From a virus (lineage: Duplodnaviria; Caudoviricetes), in the IMG/VR virus record IMGVR_UViG_3300028888_001628, positions 91,975-155,974 of that record: 64,000 bases of DNA. One strand, written 5' to 3'. The translations under genes and the position numbers were made by a program. Under the pieces are notes generated by a model, which was given only the letters and a program-made list of their open reading frames with translations, was not told where the DNA came from and did not search any database. The stretch's first letter is position 1. Every line of letters begins with the position of its first letter. Positions 19,717-30,403 of the stretch are shown here, piece after piece.

Positions 19717-22170
19717 ATGAAGATACTACCAGATTATATCATACAATACTTACCAGTACTAGAAGAGGTACTAGAAGAACTGCGCTTGTCTGTATTAGAT
19801 CATGCTTATGAACTACTAAAACGATTAGACATAGACGAATTATCTTCAGATGAAATAAGACAGAAGCTAGAGTTATATAATATTAAGATCGATAATATGA
19901 CTAAAGAATGGCTTCCAAATGGAAGATTCTATAGATTATATCCATCGATAAAACATCATCGTACACGTCAAAACACTATAAAAGCTATAGCCAAATCTGG
20001 TGGTCAGTTTGAGGGTCTTTGGTCTAACGATTTTAGCAATAAAACTGAGTATAACTTTAATAAGATACAGATAGCTAGACATTATGAATTTGCATCAGAT
20101 GCAGATGGCTACTTCTATGTAAGTGGTGATACTATAACAGATGGAAGAGGCACTGTAATTAGTTCAGCTGCAAAAGCTCTATCTACAGATATTCTAATAA
20201 ATCAATCTTTACCAGCAGGTTATACATATTTATATATTCCATGGCCAAGACCTGTATACCCTGGTGATTCTGGGTTCTTTTATAATGTACATATGCTTAT
20301 GTATGATAGATTATATTATACAGAAGATTGTAACAATAATAGCTACACAATAGCAGATCTATCAACACCTGCTTCTACTCATTATAATTGGCGTGAAGGT
20401 ATTGGAACACCTTATAAAACACCGTACTGGTTTGATTATCATTATATGCATGATTCTAGACACACAGAACCAAATGCATTAAACGATCATGCTGGTACTT
20501 GGCCTATAGAAGAATCTGGCTATTATTACGATAAAGATGGTATTCCAGTTGCTGATCCTGCTGAAGCTGTATTATATAAACTAGACAATAAATGTAAACA
20601 GCTAAGTGATAGTAAGTCAGAATTTCAAACTAATTGTTATTTGTATTCAAGAAATAAAACTACTGTGCCTAATAGGCTACAAGTATTTACACCTAAAGAA
20701 CTAATCAGTAGTGAAGAATTTAAATATACTATAGATGCAAATAAATACATAGAGTACAAATATGTAAATAATATACCTGATAGCTTGGAATCACCTGGCG
20801 CATACAGATGGGATTTAATCACACCAGGCTACCACTATCACACACGTGAATCTCTTCATCATATAAAAATCTATAAGCCGTTTTGGAATGAATCTTCACC
20901 ATGGCTAGCGATGGCGCAGTCTACAAAGAATTCATATAACAATGGTAACTGGGGAACTAACAATCATTCTCTGTATCATTGGATGCATTTAAAACAAGAA
21001 GAGAATGTTCCTAATCTAAATAGTGATAGTTATTATATTGAAAGTGTAAATAGATTCAATGAACCACCTGTATCTGAAATCACATTTGGTTCGTATGATA
21101 GACCTACAGCAGGTAAACTTGATCCAATATTCGTAGGATATTTCAATAATACAAATATAGGTAATGATAAAGTTTTAAGTACAGATTCACCGTATAATAA
21201 TATCTTTTACAGATATGATTTAGAGACAGATTCTGCAGTCTTAATTGAGAATGATGTTACTTTATCATATAATATAGTGAGTCTTAATAATGAATCAGAC
21301 ACATTGTATGACAATGTAAATCCAATAATAAAGTGCGAGCCTTTCAGTGATTTACTATATGTGGATTTAAGCGTTGTAGATACTTCTGAGACATATAGCT
21401 ATAGTGATGTGTTATATAAAACTTCAAAGATTCATAAATTGTATGTAAACAGTGATAAGTCGTCTAAAGAAATGAGCTATCTGTTTAATACACTATATAA
21501 TACAGCCGGTTCTTCAGAAATATATTTCTTTGACGAGAATAGCACTGCACATGAATCTCATTCATTGAAATTTACTATAGTTGGCATATATGACAGTGAC
21601 GGTAATAAACTACAGTACAATGATTCTGCATATATGTTGTTTACTTATCGTGAGAACCAAGATCAGACACATAGCTATGATGTCACAATAAGTAATATAG
21701 CTAATGATAGCAGAATCTCATTAAATGTATCTTATATACTGTTTACAGTAGAATTAGTAAATACTCCAACTGAGAAGATAGAGCCTGAGAATGTAACTGC
21801 TATAAGCCCTGAAGGTGAATCTATAAATGCAGTTAGAATCACAAATGCGAATTTAAGTTTAGACATTATAGATGTTGGTAACGGATATATAACAATAGAG
21901 CAGTTTTATGAAGAAGGTTACTCTTTCGGTGGTATTTCTTCTACTATATTTGACATTGTTACGGGTGAAGAATCAAAGCTATCTGATATAGATATGCCTG
22001 TGTCGATGAATGTAGATCAGATAGAGATTCCGCACCTAGATACAGAGTTTGAAGTAATTAATCCTTCACAGATTGAAGATTTAGATGTTAGTAATATTCA
22101 TATTATGAATATTAGTGAAGAATTTACGACTATAAATGGTCCTTCAATGGACGAGTTAGATATATCATAG
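19717..22170 (+). CDS. Putative baseplate wedge / tail-associated protein
   Basis: Follows gp6-like gene; 817 aa. Confidence 0.55.
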   Translation: MKILPDYIIQYLPVLEEVLEELRLSVLDHAYELLKRLDIDELSSDEIRQKLELYNIKIDNMTKEWLPNGRFYRLYPSIKHHRTRQNTIKAIAKSGGQFEGLWSNDFSNKTEYNFNKIQIARHYEFASDADGYFYVSGDTITDGRGTVISSAAKALSTDILINQSLPAGYTYLYIPWPRPVYPGDSGFFYNVHMLMYDRLYYTEDCNNNSYTIADLSTPASTHYNWREGIGTPYKTPYWFDYHYMHDSRHTEPNALNDHAGTWPIEESGYYYDKDGIPVADPAEAVLYKLDNKCKQLSDSKSEFQTNCYLYSRNKTTVPNRLQVFTPKELISSEEFKYTIDANKYIEYKYVNNIPDSLESPGAYRWDLITPGYHYHTRESLHHIKIYKPFWNESSPWLAMAQSTKNSYNNGNWGTNNHSLYHWMHLKQEENVPNLNSDSYYIESVNRFNEPPVSEITFGSYDRPTAGKLDPIFVGYFNNTNIGNDKVLSTDSPYNNIFYRYDLETDSAVLIENDVTLSYNIVSLNNESDTLYDNVNPIIKCEPFSDLLYVDLSVVDTSETYSYSDVLYKTSKIHKLYVNSDKSSKEMSYLFNTLYNTAGSSEIYFFDENSTAHESHSLKFTIVGIYDSDGNKLQYNDSAYMLFTYRENQDQTHSYDVTISNIANDSRISLNVSYILFTVELVNTPTEKIEPENVTAISPEGESINAVRITNANLSLDIIDVGNGYITIEQFYEEGYSFGGISSTIFDIVTGEESKLSDIDMPVSMNVDQIEIPHLDTEFEVINPSQIEDLDVSNIHIMNISEEFTTINGPSMDELDIS

Positions 22171-22180
22171 AGGTAATTAT

Positions 22181-23275
22181 ATGGCACTTGGGATATCTTC
22201 ATTCGTAATGGATAAAAGTAATAATTACAGTAATGGGTTGACATACGGGAAACTACTATTAACTAATTTTGCCAACGCGTTAGTAACAGCAAGTAACAAT
22301 TATAGTATTGAGAGTGCAGTAGAGATAATGGGTAGTCGAATGTCTGAATCAACTAGTTATTGCAGACATACAATACTGTTAAAGAATAATTATACTGGCG
22401 AATATTTACGTATTTGGTGCTTTAATGGTAGTAGCCCTAGTATTATTAGTTCTACTGGTGATAATACATCTAGTAGTGATTGTAAAATATATAAAGGTAA
22501 CTACTTATGTCAAGGTGCGAATAGTAATAATTACTATACTGCTTCTAGTTTATACTTTGGTGTAAAGGATACTTCCATCGATACAGACCCTGCACATGAT
22601 TTAGGTTTAAAGATACCTATATTTTCACTTGCTGGCGGCTTATACACAAATAGTGGCGTAAGCGTTATAGATTTAGTGGCCAATGGTTATAAATCTAAAT
22701 ATTGTATAACTTCAGACGGTTCTGGCTTTACGTTCATTTATCATGTGTATGAGTCAAGCAATCCAACTGGCTCTGGGTGTTTAATATATCACCCACAAGC
22801 TATATCTACACAATCAGGTGATACTCACACTGAGGGTTGCTTATTATTAAGCAGAGATACCACTAGTCCATATATAAGTTATGAAATAGATAGAATGAGA
22901 GGTATATGGACAAGCGCAGGCGGAAGTTTTAGTTATGGGCAATGGCTTGATTCATTAGATCCATTAAATGCTACTGCTGTCACGCCTATGGGTGATAAAG
23001 TATCTTGCATCCCATCTATATTATTCTCAAGCGCGCCTAATTATGCACAAAGTACTTCTTATCTAAATGCAGAAGGTACTGCATCTGCTGGGAGTTTTCC
23101 TGACAACAGTATAGGGTTTAAAGGATATACTAATCAGAATTTAGTTCGCAGATGTAGTGCTGACAGGGTTTCCACTATTGGTGCTGTTTACGGTGGGTGG
23201 TTATGTATTGGTAAAGGGTGGCTTATTCCATGGGCTTCAGGACATGATTCTGATTCACCTTATGTAGAAACTTAA
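22181..23275 (+). CDS. Putative virion/tail-fibre-associated protein; paralog of 39136..40227
   Basis: Ser/Gly/Thr-rich; collinear motif matches to 39136..40227. Confidence 0.6.
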   Translation: MALGISSFVMDKSNNYSNGLTYGKLLLTNFANALVTASNNYSIESAVEIMGSRMSESTSYCRHTILLKNNYTGEYLRIWCFNGSSPSIISSTGDNTSSSDCKIYKGNYLCQGANSNNYYTASSLYFGVKDTSIDTDPAHDLGLKIPIFSLAGGLYTNSGVSVIDLVANGYKSKYCITSDGSGFTFIYHVYESSNPTGSGCLIYHPQAISTQSGDTHTEGCLLLSRDTTSPYISYEIDRMRGIWTSAGGSFSYGQWLDSLDPLNATAVTPMGDKVSCIPSILFSSAPNYAQSTSYLNAEGTASAGSFPDNSIGFKGYTNQNLVRRCSADRVSTIGAVYGGWLCIGKGWLIPWASGHDSDSPYVET

Positions 23276-23284
23276 TTTACAAAT

Positions 23285-23322
23285 AAACCTAATCTATATA
23301 ATAAATTATAGATTAGGTTTTT
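23285..23322 (+). terminator. Rho-independent terminator
   Basis: aaacctaatctata...tatagattaggttttt. Confidence 0.75.
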
Positions 23323-23389
23323 GTATATTTATATAGTATCAAATTGTAATAATGTAATAGACAACTAATTAGTCCAGGAGAATTACTTT

Positions 23390-26218
23390 ATGGCAATTAA
23401 TGTAAACGATGATTATGATAAATTAGTAAAATTATTCTATCCTTCATTAGAAGCGTCTGGGAATATATATTATGGACAGACAAGAAAACTCACTATGGAT
23501 GAGATTCTTGGTAAAAATGACATGGGGTTTGAATCTCATATAGAATCTGAGAAGCAAGATGGTGAATATTGTAAATTCTTTAATTGGAAAATCGGGCCTC
23601 TTCATGGGTCTGTTAGAGTAGGCGACTTAGAGACATTCCCATTAGCTTATGCAAAGTATAAATTAGTAATTACAAATCGCACAGTAGAGAATCATTTAAA
23701 TTCAACAAGCTTTCCTACTTATGAGAATGAGATAGCTTGTATCTTTGATAGCATTGCATATACTACAGGTAATCCTGTAGACGAATCAGAGTCATGGGAT
23801 GGTAGACATTTCTATGTAGATGATAGCGGCACAGATAAGTATCTGTACATTGCATTAGTTGATTACTATTCTAATAAAAAAGAGGATACAGACTATTATA
23901 AAAATTTATTACATACGCCATTGTGCATCAGTCTAACTAATGGCCCACAATCAAATATAAGCATCTCACTTAACGTTGAAGGTGAGTTACAAGAGGATGA
24001 ATTAAACGATACACAGTATTGGTTTAGCTATGATGGCATAACAGTTGCTGATGGTGGTACGTGGGATCCAATTACATTAAACAGTACAGTTATAAATCTA
24101 TCATATGAGGGTGCTCAACGCGTATATATTGTTGGTCATAGAGGGTTTGTACAAAATGAGTCTAAATATATTCACTTTGAATGTATAACAAGCTCTGCTG
24201 ACACACTTGAGATAAGCGGTAATATAAATAGCTTATTAGATGAAGGTAATTTTGGTGATGTAGATGTATCAAGAGAGTATGATTTTTCTAATATAGATGA
24301 TCTAAGTGATCAGTATACGCCAAATGGTTATTTAATAGGCAGTTATACTTTTTATAAACTGTTTGCCAATTCACTAGACGGTACTAACAATATATATGGT
24401 TATGAATTGTTACTGCCAGCCAAAAAGCTAATAAATAGTTGTTACAGTAATATGTTTTATAAGCAGTTTGCTTTAAGACAAGCACCAGATTTACCTGCTG
24501 TAGAATTAGCAGAAAGTTGCTATGAAAGTATGTTCGCTTATTGTGATATAGCTACATCTCCAAAGCTATATGCTATATCACTGAGAAACTCGTGCTATAA
24601 AAATATGTTCACTTGGTGTAGTAGGTTAGGTAATGTAAAGATATTAGCAAGCGATATTTCAGCTGAGGACTCACTTAGTGGTTGGCTTCAAGATGTATCA
24701 TCTACAGGCATATTGTACTATAACTCAAATGCAGATGATGTAAGTGCATTTAATATACCTTCTGGCTGGGATACTAAAGATTTATATGAAGAAATTAAAG
24801 ACGGTGAGATTGATGAAGAAAAGACGAGTGTATATAGATCACAGTATATGATTACATCAGGATCTGACTCTGATCAGAATGGTAAAGGTAAGCTAGATGG
24901 TAGTGGTGAGTGTGAATCTTCATTCGATGAGTATCATTCACATCCAATGGGATCATATAACTCAGACGGATCATATAATCAAGAGATCTGGGGATATAAA
25001 TCATTTAATAGTCCTGTACAATTTAGAAATGGTATTTATGGTGACAGTAAAGGATTATACATATCTGGTAACACAGAGCTATCTGGCAATCTAAATATTG
25101 TTGGTACTGTTACAGCTGATAGCTTTGAAACACCTGATATGTCACGTAGATTTGTAACAGTATATAACAAAGATGACACATCTATAGGAGACGATCAAAC
25201 TATATTAGGCGTAAAAACCTTTGATAACGACATTAAGGCTAAATACATTATATCTAGAGAAAGTGATGATATTAAATTTATTCTTGATGGGGTTGTTGAT
25301 CAGATTATACTATCTGTAAACAGCAATGATATATTTAGAGTTGGTAATAACGCAGTGTATGTTGATGGAGCAATGTATACAGATGGAAGTATTAATATTA
25401 CAGAGCCTATAACGTGCGAAGACCCGTACACTAATAATCAACCAGCGGCTAATGCATCAATAGGTACTCAAGAAATACCAATGCCAATAATATATTGCAC
25501 GTCTGAATATGCAACAGATATACACTGTAGCAGCAGTTTCACAAATTCACTTAGAACTGATTCTTTACAGAGTTATACAAACGCAGCAAATGTTATAGCT
25601 CTTAATTCCAACATTGTACCTAAGTATGATAACACGTATTCAATAGGCGATGAAGGATATAGGATAAAATCTCTCTATACAAGCGATGCCAGATTTGATA
25701 CTATACATTCTGCTTCAAACGGTTCTTCAGTTACTGTGTATAATAATATTATACCTCCAAGAAATAGTAGTGTTAGTCTAGGTACTTATCAAAATTTATT
25801 TGACAATATATGGTCTCGTACATACAAGGTTGGGATTTTAGACGCGCTAGACAGCAGTGAAGATATTGATATTAAATTAAAGAAGACAATATCACCAAAT
25901 GTAAATTCATCGATTAGTCTAGGTAATGATAGTTATAAATTTAGAAACGTGTATGCCAATAATTTTGTTGGTAATATCCCTTATGCTGAATATAATGGTA
26001 GTACTCGCAGTATAGATGTACCAATTGGGTCATTTATATGCGTTGACAGTACTGATAGACATTATAATATATCCGGTAGTATAGTTGATGTGCTTCCTAA
26101 TACAGTACCGATACTACACCGTGTCGGTGGTTTAGGGTCTATTTTCATACCTGAAGGTAGGTATGTTGTTATAGCACCAGTATCAACTATAATTGCAATT
26201 TTAATGAGAATAGAATAA
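23390..26218 (+). CDS. Tail fibre / receptor-binding protein
   Basis: LPA..L...CY..MF repeats; Q.I.G.K.F fibre motifs; three [I].P..[ND]..[YVI]S[LI]G....[FI]...[YW] repeats. Confidence 0.7.
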   Translation: MAINVNDDYDKLVKLFYPSLEASGNIYYGQTRKLTMDEILGKNDMGFESHIESEKQDGEYCKFFNWKIGPLHGSVRVGDLETFPLAYAKYKLVITNRTVENHLNSTSFPTYENEIACIFDSIAYTTGNPVDESESWDGRHFYVDDSGTDKYLYIALVDYYSNKKEDTDYYKNLLHTPLCISLTNGPQSNISISLNVEGELQEDELNDTQYWFSYDGITVADGGTWDPITLNSTVINLSYEGAQRVYIVGHRGFVQNESKYIHFECITSSADTLEISGNINSLLDEGNFGDVDVSREYDFSNIDDLSDQYTPNGYLIGSYTFYKLFANSLDGTNNIYGYELLLPAKKLINSCYSNMFYKQFALRQAPDLPAVELAESCYESMFAYCDIATSPKLYAISLRNSCYKNMFTWCSRLGNVKILASDISAEDSLSGWLQDVSSTGILYYNSNADDVSAFNIPSGWDTKDLYEEIKDGEIDEEKTSVYRSQYMITSGSDSDQNGKGKLDGSGECESSFDEYHSHPMGSYNSDGSYNQEIWGYKSFNSPVQFRNGIYGDSKGLYISGNTELSGNLNIVGTVTADSFETPDMSRRFVTVYNKDDTSIGDDQTILGVKTFDNDIKAKYIISRESDDIKFILDGVVDQIILSVNSNDIFRVGNNAVYVDGAMYTDGSINITEPITCEDPYTNNQPAANASIGTQEIPMPIIYCTSEYATDIHCSSSFTNSLRTDSLQSYTNAANVIALNSNIVPKYDNTYSIGDEGYRIKSLYTSDARFDTIHSASNGSSVTVYNNIIPPRNSSVSLGTYQNLFDNIWSRTYKVGILDALDSSEDIDIKLKKTISPNVNSSISLGNDSYKFRNVYANNFVGNIPYAEYNGSTRSIDVPIGSFICVDSTDRHYNISGSIVDVLPNTVPILHRVGGLGSIFIPEGRYVVIAPVSTIIAILMRIE

Positions 26219-26254
26219 AATAAGTTGGTTATAATTAACCTAAGGAAATAAATT

Positions 26255-27454
26255 ATGGCAATATATACTCAATACGGAAGATACTTAAAGGCAAAACAAT
26301 TTAAAGAATTATTAACAGAGACTAATGATACTTATATGGTATTTGGGATAGGTAATCCACAATGGGATAATCCTGCTAGTGGTCAAAATATAACTGTAGC
26401 ACCATATAATACTTCTATACTAAAAGAAAATGACGTTACTACTAATCAATTTTATGATGATAAAGTATGTCAGTATTTCCAATGTTATAATAAAGGCGGC
26501 GGTGGTGGAACACTTTATACCCACATTTCTATTGAAGATTCAGATATAAATTATTCAACGCAAAATTCAAATCAAGACTCTAATAATTATTCAGACGAAG
26601 GAAGATATGTTTACGCGTGTCAAGATGTAAATCCTGTATTTCCAAGTACATGGCATGGCACTGACGAACATGGTGAGGCAATTATTAATAGTGTTACACA
26701 AAGTAATTATCACGAATTCTATATAACTAAAGATGACGGTACTGGAGATTTTAATCTTTATAAAATAAATAGTAGTGATGATCCTGTTACTGTCACAGTA
26801 CCTGATGATAATTTAAAACGGCAGTACTTTTATGAAATGTATATTCGTGGAAAGTCACTTGAGCGTAACTATTCAATTCAAAATACTTTACCAGGGATTA
26901 GAGTTCCAGTTGGGCTACTAGGTGCAGTTAGATGCAGTGTAAACTTTGTAAAAGATATTGGTGACAACTATACTGGTGATATAGATCAGTTCTGGTATGG
27001 TGATCGTTATTGGAAGATAGTTAGACCTGATGACGATCCTATTTCAAGTAATGTTTCATTAGATGATAGATTCCCTCATCATTTACTTATTACTGCTACT
27101 GTAAATCCTCGCTATCTTTGTAGTGAAATTTCTGTAGACAATTTATTAGTTCCACGTCAAATTGCAATCTATACTGCTCCTAAAAATGAAAGCCACGAGA
27201 GATATTATAGAGCTTACGAAAACATATTTAACTTTGGGCAATATAGTAGTGATGATATTAACAATATGACTGAGCATATTATGACTGAACACACAAATTA
27301 TTATGGTAAGATTCTAAACTTCACTATTCCAACTTCAGTTGATACATACGAAACAACTGATGGTGAATTTAAATTAGTACTACATGATTATATTAGAGGA
27401 CAGATACGAGATGCACATTCTGTAGATCGATTCGGTTATGTAATTAGCTTCTAG
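26255..27454 (+). CDS. Baseplate protein (T4 gp8-like)
   Basis: MAI.T..GR..KA..F......Y...G....W start; RQIAI and IR....DRF.YVISF end. Confidence 0.6.
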   Translation: MAIYTQYGRYLKAKQFKELLTETNDTYMVFGIGNPQWDNPASGQNITVAPYNTSILKENDVTTNQFYDDKVCQYFQCYNKGGGGGTLYTHISIEDSDINYSTQNSNQDSNNYSDEGRYVYACQDVNPVFPSTWHGTDEHGEAIINSVTQSNYHEFYITKDDGTGDFNLYKINSSDDPVTVTVPDDNLKRQYFYEMYIRGKSLERNYSIQNTLPGIRVPVGLLGAVRCSVNFVKDIGDNYTGDIDQFWYGDRYWKIVRPDDDPISSNVSLDDRFPHHLLITATVNPRYLCSEISVDNLLVPRQIAIYTAPKNESHERYYRAYENIFNFGQYSSDDINNMTEHIMTEHTNYYGKILNFTIPTSVDTYETTDGEFKLVLHDYIRGQIRDAHSVDRFGYVISF

Positions 27455-27532
27455 TATCTTGTAGATTAAATTTGTAGAGCGGTTATTGTATATCTATTAC
27501 AATAATCGCTTTGTTATATAAGGAGACTTAGT

Positions 27533-27889
27533 ATGGAAAGATATAATTCTTGTAATAATATAGAAAAGCACGCATTAGATGTGCTATACAACTATTTAGG
27601 TTTTAATGAGATAGTCTCTTTTGAAGAATATATTAACTTTATGTTCTTGAATGCGAAAGGCTGCATTACATTCGCACACATATTTAATCATTCTATAAAA
27701 CACATCGTAATGTCCTTCTGGGAATCTTATCCTGAATATAAGGGAAATTATATTAAAACGTTTTGGATTAAGCCTGAAGAGATCGACAGATATGTAGAAG
27801 TGGGTTCTAAAGATGAGTTTGATCCAAAGGGTGTATTGAGATTCTTTGTTAAGAACAGCTTTAAAAGATTAGTTGCTACAAAGAAATAG
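27533..27889 (+). CDS. Hypothetical protein
   Basis: ORF with aggag SD. Confidence 0.6.
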   Translation: MERYNSCNNIEKHALDVLYNYLGFNEIVSFEEYINFMFLNAKGCITFAHIFNHSIKHIVMSFWESYPEYKGNYIKTFWIKPEEIDRYVEVGSKDEFDPKGVLRFFVKNSFKRLVATKK

Positions 27890-27900
27890 AGGTCACGTGT

Positions 27901-28326
27901 ATGAGTAATCATCAGATAAGTCATGGTAAGACTATCTTTGACATATTTAATATGATTAATCCAAACTGCTATCAAGCTTTTATTATTCAATGTATTATTG
28001 AGAATAAGAAAGAAGAAGCAGTTCAGTATTGTGATGAGTTATCAACAGCAATAGAATTCTATAAATGGGAATCTAAAACAAGTCAGTCTAGTTACGTTGA
28101 TAGCTTAATATGTGAATCACAGTTAGAGAAATGGCAAAAGCTTTCAATAATTCATATTATAGCAAATGAAATTGCAGCTTGTAAGTCTATCTTGGAAGAG
28201 AAGATTTTAGAAGAAAAGAAAGATGCAGAAAAACGAATAAACGAAGCTAAGAACTACAGAGACTATCCTAAAAATTCTATGGAAGATCTATATAAATTAT
28301 TTGGATTCGGCTCACTTCAATTCTAA
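27901..28326 (+). CDS. Hypothetical protein
   Basis: ORF with gagg SD. Confidence 0.6.
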   Translation: MSNHQISHGKTIFDIFNMINPNCYQAFIIQCIIENKKEEAVQYCDELSTAIEFYKWESKTSQSSYVDSLICESQLEKWQKLSIIHIIANEIAACKSILEEKILEEKKDAEKRINEAKNYRDYPKNSMEDLYKLFGFGSLQF

Positions 28327-28342
28327 GATAGGTAAGTGTATT

Positions 28343-28891
28343 ATGGCAAAAGTTATTTATTTCTATGGATGCGTTGGTTGTAGCAAAAGTATGCAGCTTC
28401 TGTCTATTGCACATAATTATGAAAGCTGTAATTGGAATGTGTGTACAATAAAACCTGCAGCTGATACAAGAAGTGAACTTATAGAGACAAGAGCAAAAGT
28501 ACCACCAAGAAAAGCAAATATAGTTATATCAGATGAAGAAAGTTTGTATGATTATAACGATATAATAAATGAAGCAGATGTAATATTAGTAGATGAATGT
28601 CAATTCTTATCTGTAAATCAAATAAATGAACTTCGTTCTATTTCTAATGATAGAAATATAGATGTGCTTTGCTTTGGTTTACGTACAGACTTTAATGCGA
28701 ACCTGTTCCCTGCTTCAAAACGATTATTTGAGATAGCAGATGAAGTAAATGAAGTCAAAACTATCTGTACAGTATGTGGAAAGCATGCTTCATTTAACAA
28801 GAAAGTTTGCTATACAGGTGAAGGTTTAGTTATACCTAGTTGGGACGCATTCGAAGCAAGATGCTGGAATCACTTTATTAATGATGAGTAA
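28343..28891 (+). CDS. tdk: Thymidine kinase
   Basis: P-loop variant YGCVGCSKS, VDECQF, FGLRTDF..LF.AS.RL.E.AD, C..C zinc site. Confidence 0.92.
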   Translation: MAKVIYFYGCVGCSKSMQLLSIAHNYESCNWNVCTIKPAADTRSELIETRAKVPPRKANIVISDEESLYDYNDIINEADVILVDECQFLSVNQINELRSISNDRNIDVLCFGLRTDFNANLFPASKRLFEIADEVNEVKTICTVCGKHASFNKKVCYTGEGLVIPSWDAFEARCWNHFINDE

Positions 28892-28896
28892 TTATT

Positions 28897-29115
28897 ATGT
28901 ATTTCGTAGTAAATCCATTCTTTTATTATATAGCTAATCAAGAAAGTATAGATCGATATTTATCTGTAGAATCAAACGGTGAGTTACCGTATCAAATGAC
29001 ATATAGTAAATTAAGATCTATAATAGAATCTTTTGTGAATAACAATAGTCATGGAGTTGACGCAAATAAGATAGACAGCTATATAGATTATATATGTAAA
29101 AAGCTATGCAGCTAA
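28897..29115 (+). CDS. Hypothetical protein
   Basis: Short ORF in operon. Confidence 0.45.
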   Translation: MYFVVNPFFYYIANQESIDRYLSVESNGELPYQMTYSKLRSIIESFVNNNSHGVDANKIDSYIDYICKKLCS

Positions 29116-29128
29116 TTCCAAGGTTATT

Positions 29129-29308
29129 ATGTTCACTAAACATAAAATTTATTATACAGTAGAAGTTAAGACAGATGACTCATTCTTGTTTGTATGTTCA
29201 TTCGCAACATTCAGTGAAGCTAATGAAACAGTATCTAAACTTAAAGAACAGACTGGAAATGAGTATAGAATTTTAAAGATAGAAAAAGATATAGAAGAAG
29301 TTTCGTAG
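29129..29308 (+). CDS. Small hypothetical protein (59 aa, absent from ORF track)
   Basis: ATG after aagg; MFTKHKIYYTVEVKT...IEEVS-stop fills the gap. Confidence 0.5.
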   Translation: MFTKHKIYYTVEVKTDDSFLFVCSFATFSEANETVSKLKEQTGNEYRILKIEKDIEEVS

Positions 29309-29321
29309 GAGAAATATAAAT

Positions 29322-29912
29322 ATGTTTTTGAATGATGCTGAAATTACATTACCAGTTACAATAAATGGTGTAACTTATAATTCTAAAATGAAATTATTGA
29401 AGGCTTTAGTTGAGACTAATAATTTATTTGCAGACATTATTATAAACACTAAAATCATTAGTGCTGGTATTGTATCATTTAATTATAATAGCGGCTATGT
29501 TATTGCAAGTGTAGATACACATATTGCATTAACACAGAATGAACCATTTACTAATGTTCAAGTAGGCATTCACCCTGCAGGTGAAGATAATTTCATTCTT
29601 TCTAATACTGATGTAAATAGCACTATTCCAAGTAATGATGTTGATGTAGACTTATTCTTTATTGTTGGGAATGTATTTCCATATAATGATCTAAAGAAAG
29701 TTGTCCCAGAATCACATTTCATTAGTATGGGCACAAAAAATATGCCACAGATTAACTTTGACGATCTTCCATCTGCTGTTGAATCTGGTGGCGGTGAAGA
29801 ATCAGGTTCTGGTAAAGAAGAGTTAGGCGGAGGTGGAGGCGGTGGTAAAGAAGAACCGGGTGGAGGCGGTGGTAAAGAAGAACCGGGTGGTGGCGGTACA
29901 GGCGGTAAATAA
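29322..29912 (+). CDS. Hypothetical protein with Gly-rich repeat tail
   Basis: aggag SD; C-terminal GKEE(L/P)GGGG repeats. Confidence 0.65.
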   Translation: MFLNDAEITLPVTINGVTYNSKMKLLKALVETNNLFADIIINTKIISAGIVSFNYNSGYVIASVDTHIALTQNEPFTNVQVGIHPAGEDNFILSNTDVNSTIPSNDVDVDLFFIVGNVFPYNDLKKVVPESHFISMGTKNMPQINFDDLPSAVESGGGEESGSGKEELGGGGGGGKEEPGGGGGKEEPGGGGTGGK

Positions 29913-29936
29913 TAATACAAATTGTTATAGTTAATT

Positions 29937-29965
29937 AATAGGGCTCGTTTGTGAGCCCTATTTTA
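29937..29965 (+). terminator. Rho-independent terminator
   Basis: aatagggctc-gtttgt-gagccctatttt. Confidence 0.8.
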
Positions 29966-30030
29966 TTATGTTACTATAATAAGAATTCTTTTGTATATTA
30001 ATATACGATCTTATTTGTTAGAGGTTAGTT

Positions 30031-30330
30031 ATGGCTAAAAAGAAAATAGAAGAAGCTTCTAAGTACAGATTTATGTGCGTGAAGAAAAAGAATGGGAACT
30101 ATACAAAAGAATTTGAGTCTAAAGATGAAGCATTGCAATATGCAAATGAGCTTGACGATAAAGATATAGAGTGGTACGGAATATACGAAGTCAGTCCTTA
30201 CTCACCGTATCTAAATACTATAGTATCTAAAAGGCTTATTCCACATGATCTATGCTATATAGTTCCATCAAATAATAAACCTAGTACAGAAAGTAAAGTA
30301 AAGCGATCTAGATCATCTAAAAATAAATAA
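30031..30330 (+). CDS. Hypothetical protein
   Basis: ORF with gagg SD. Confidence 0.6.
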   Translation: MAKKKIEEASKYRFMCVKKKNGNYTKEFESKDEALQYANELDDKDIEWYGIYEVSPYSPYLNTIVSKRLIPHDLCYIVPSNNKPSTESKVKRSRSSKNK

Positions 30331-30403
30331 AGAGTTATAATAGCAAAGTTTAATGTGGTTTTATTGTGGTTATAATAGTGTGTATATTTTGGAGTCTACA
30401 TAA

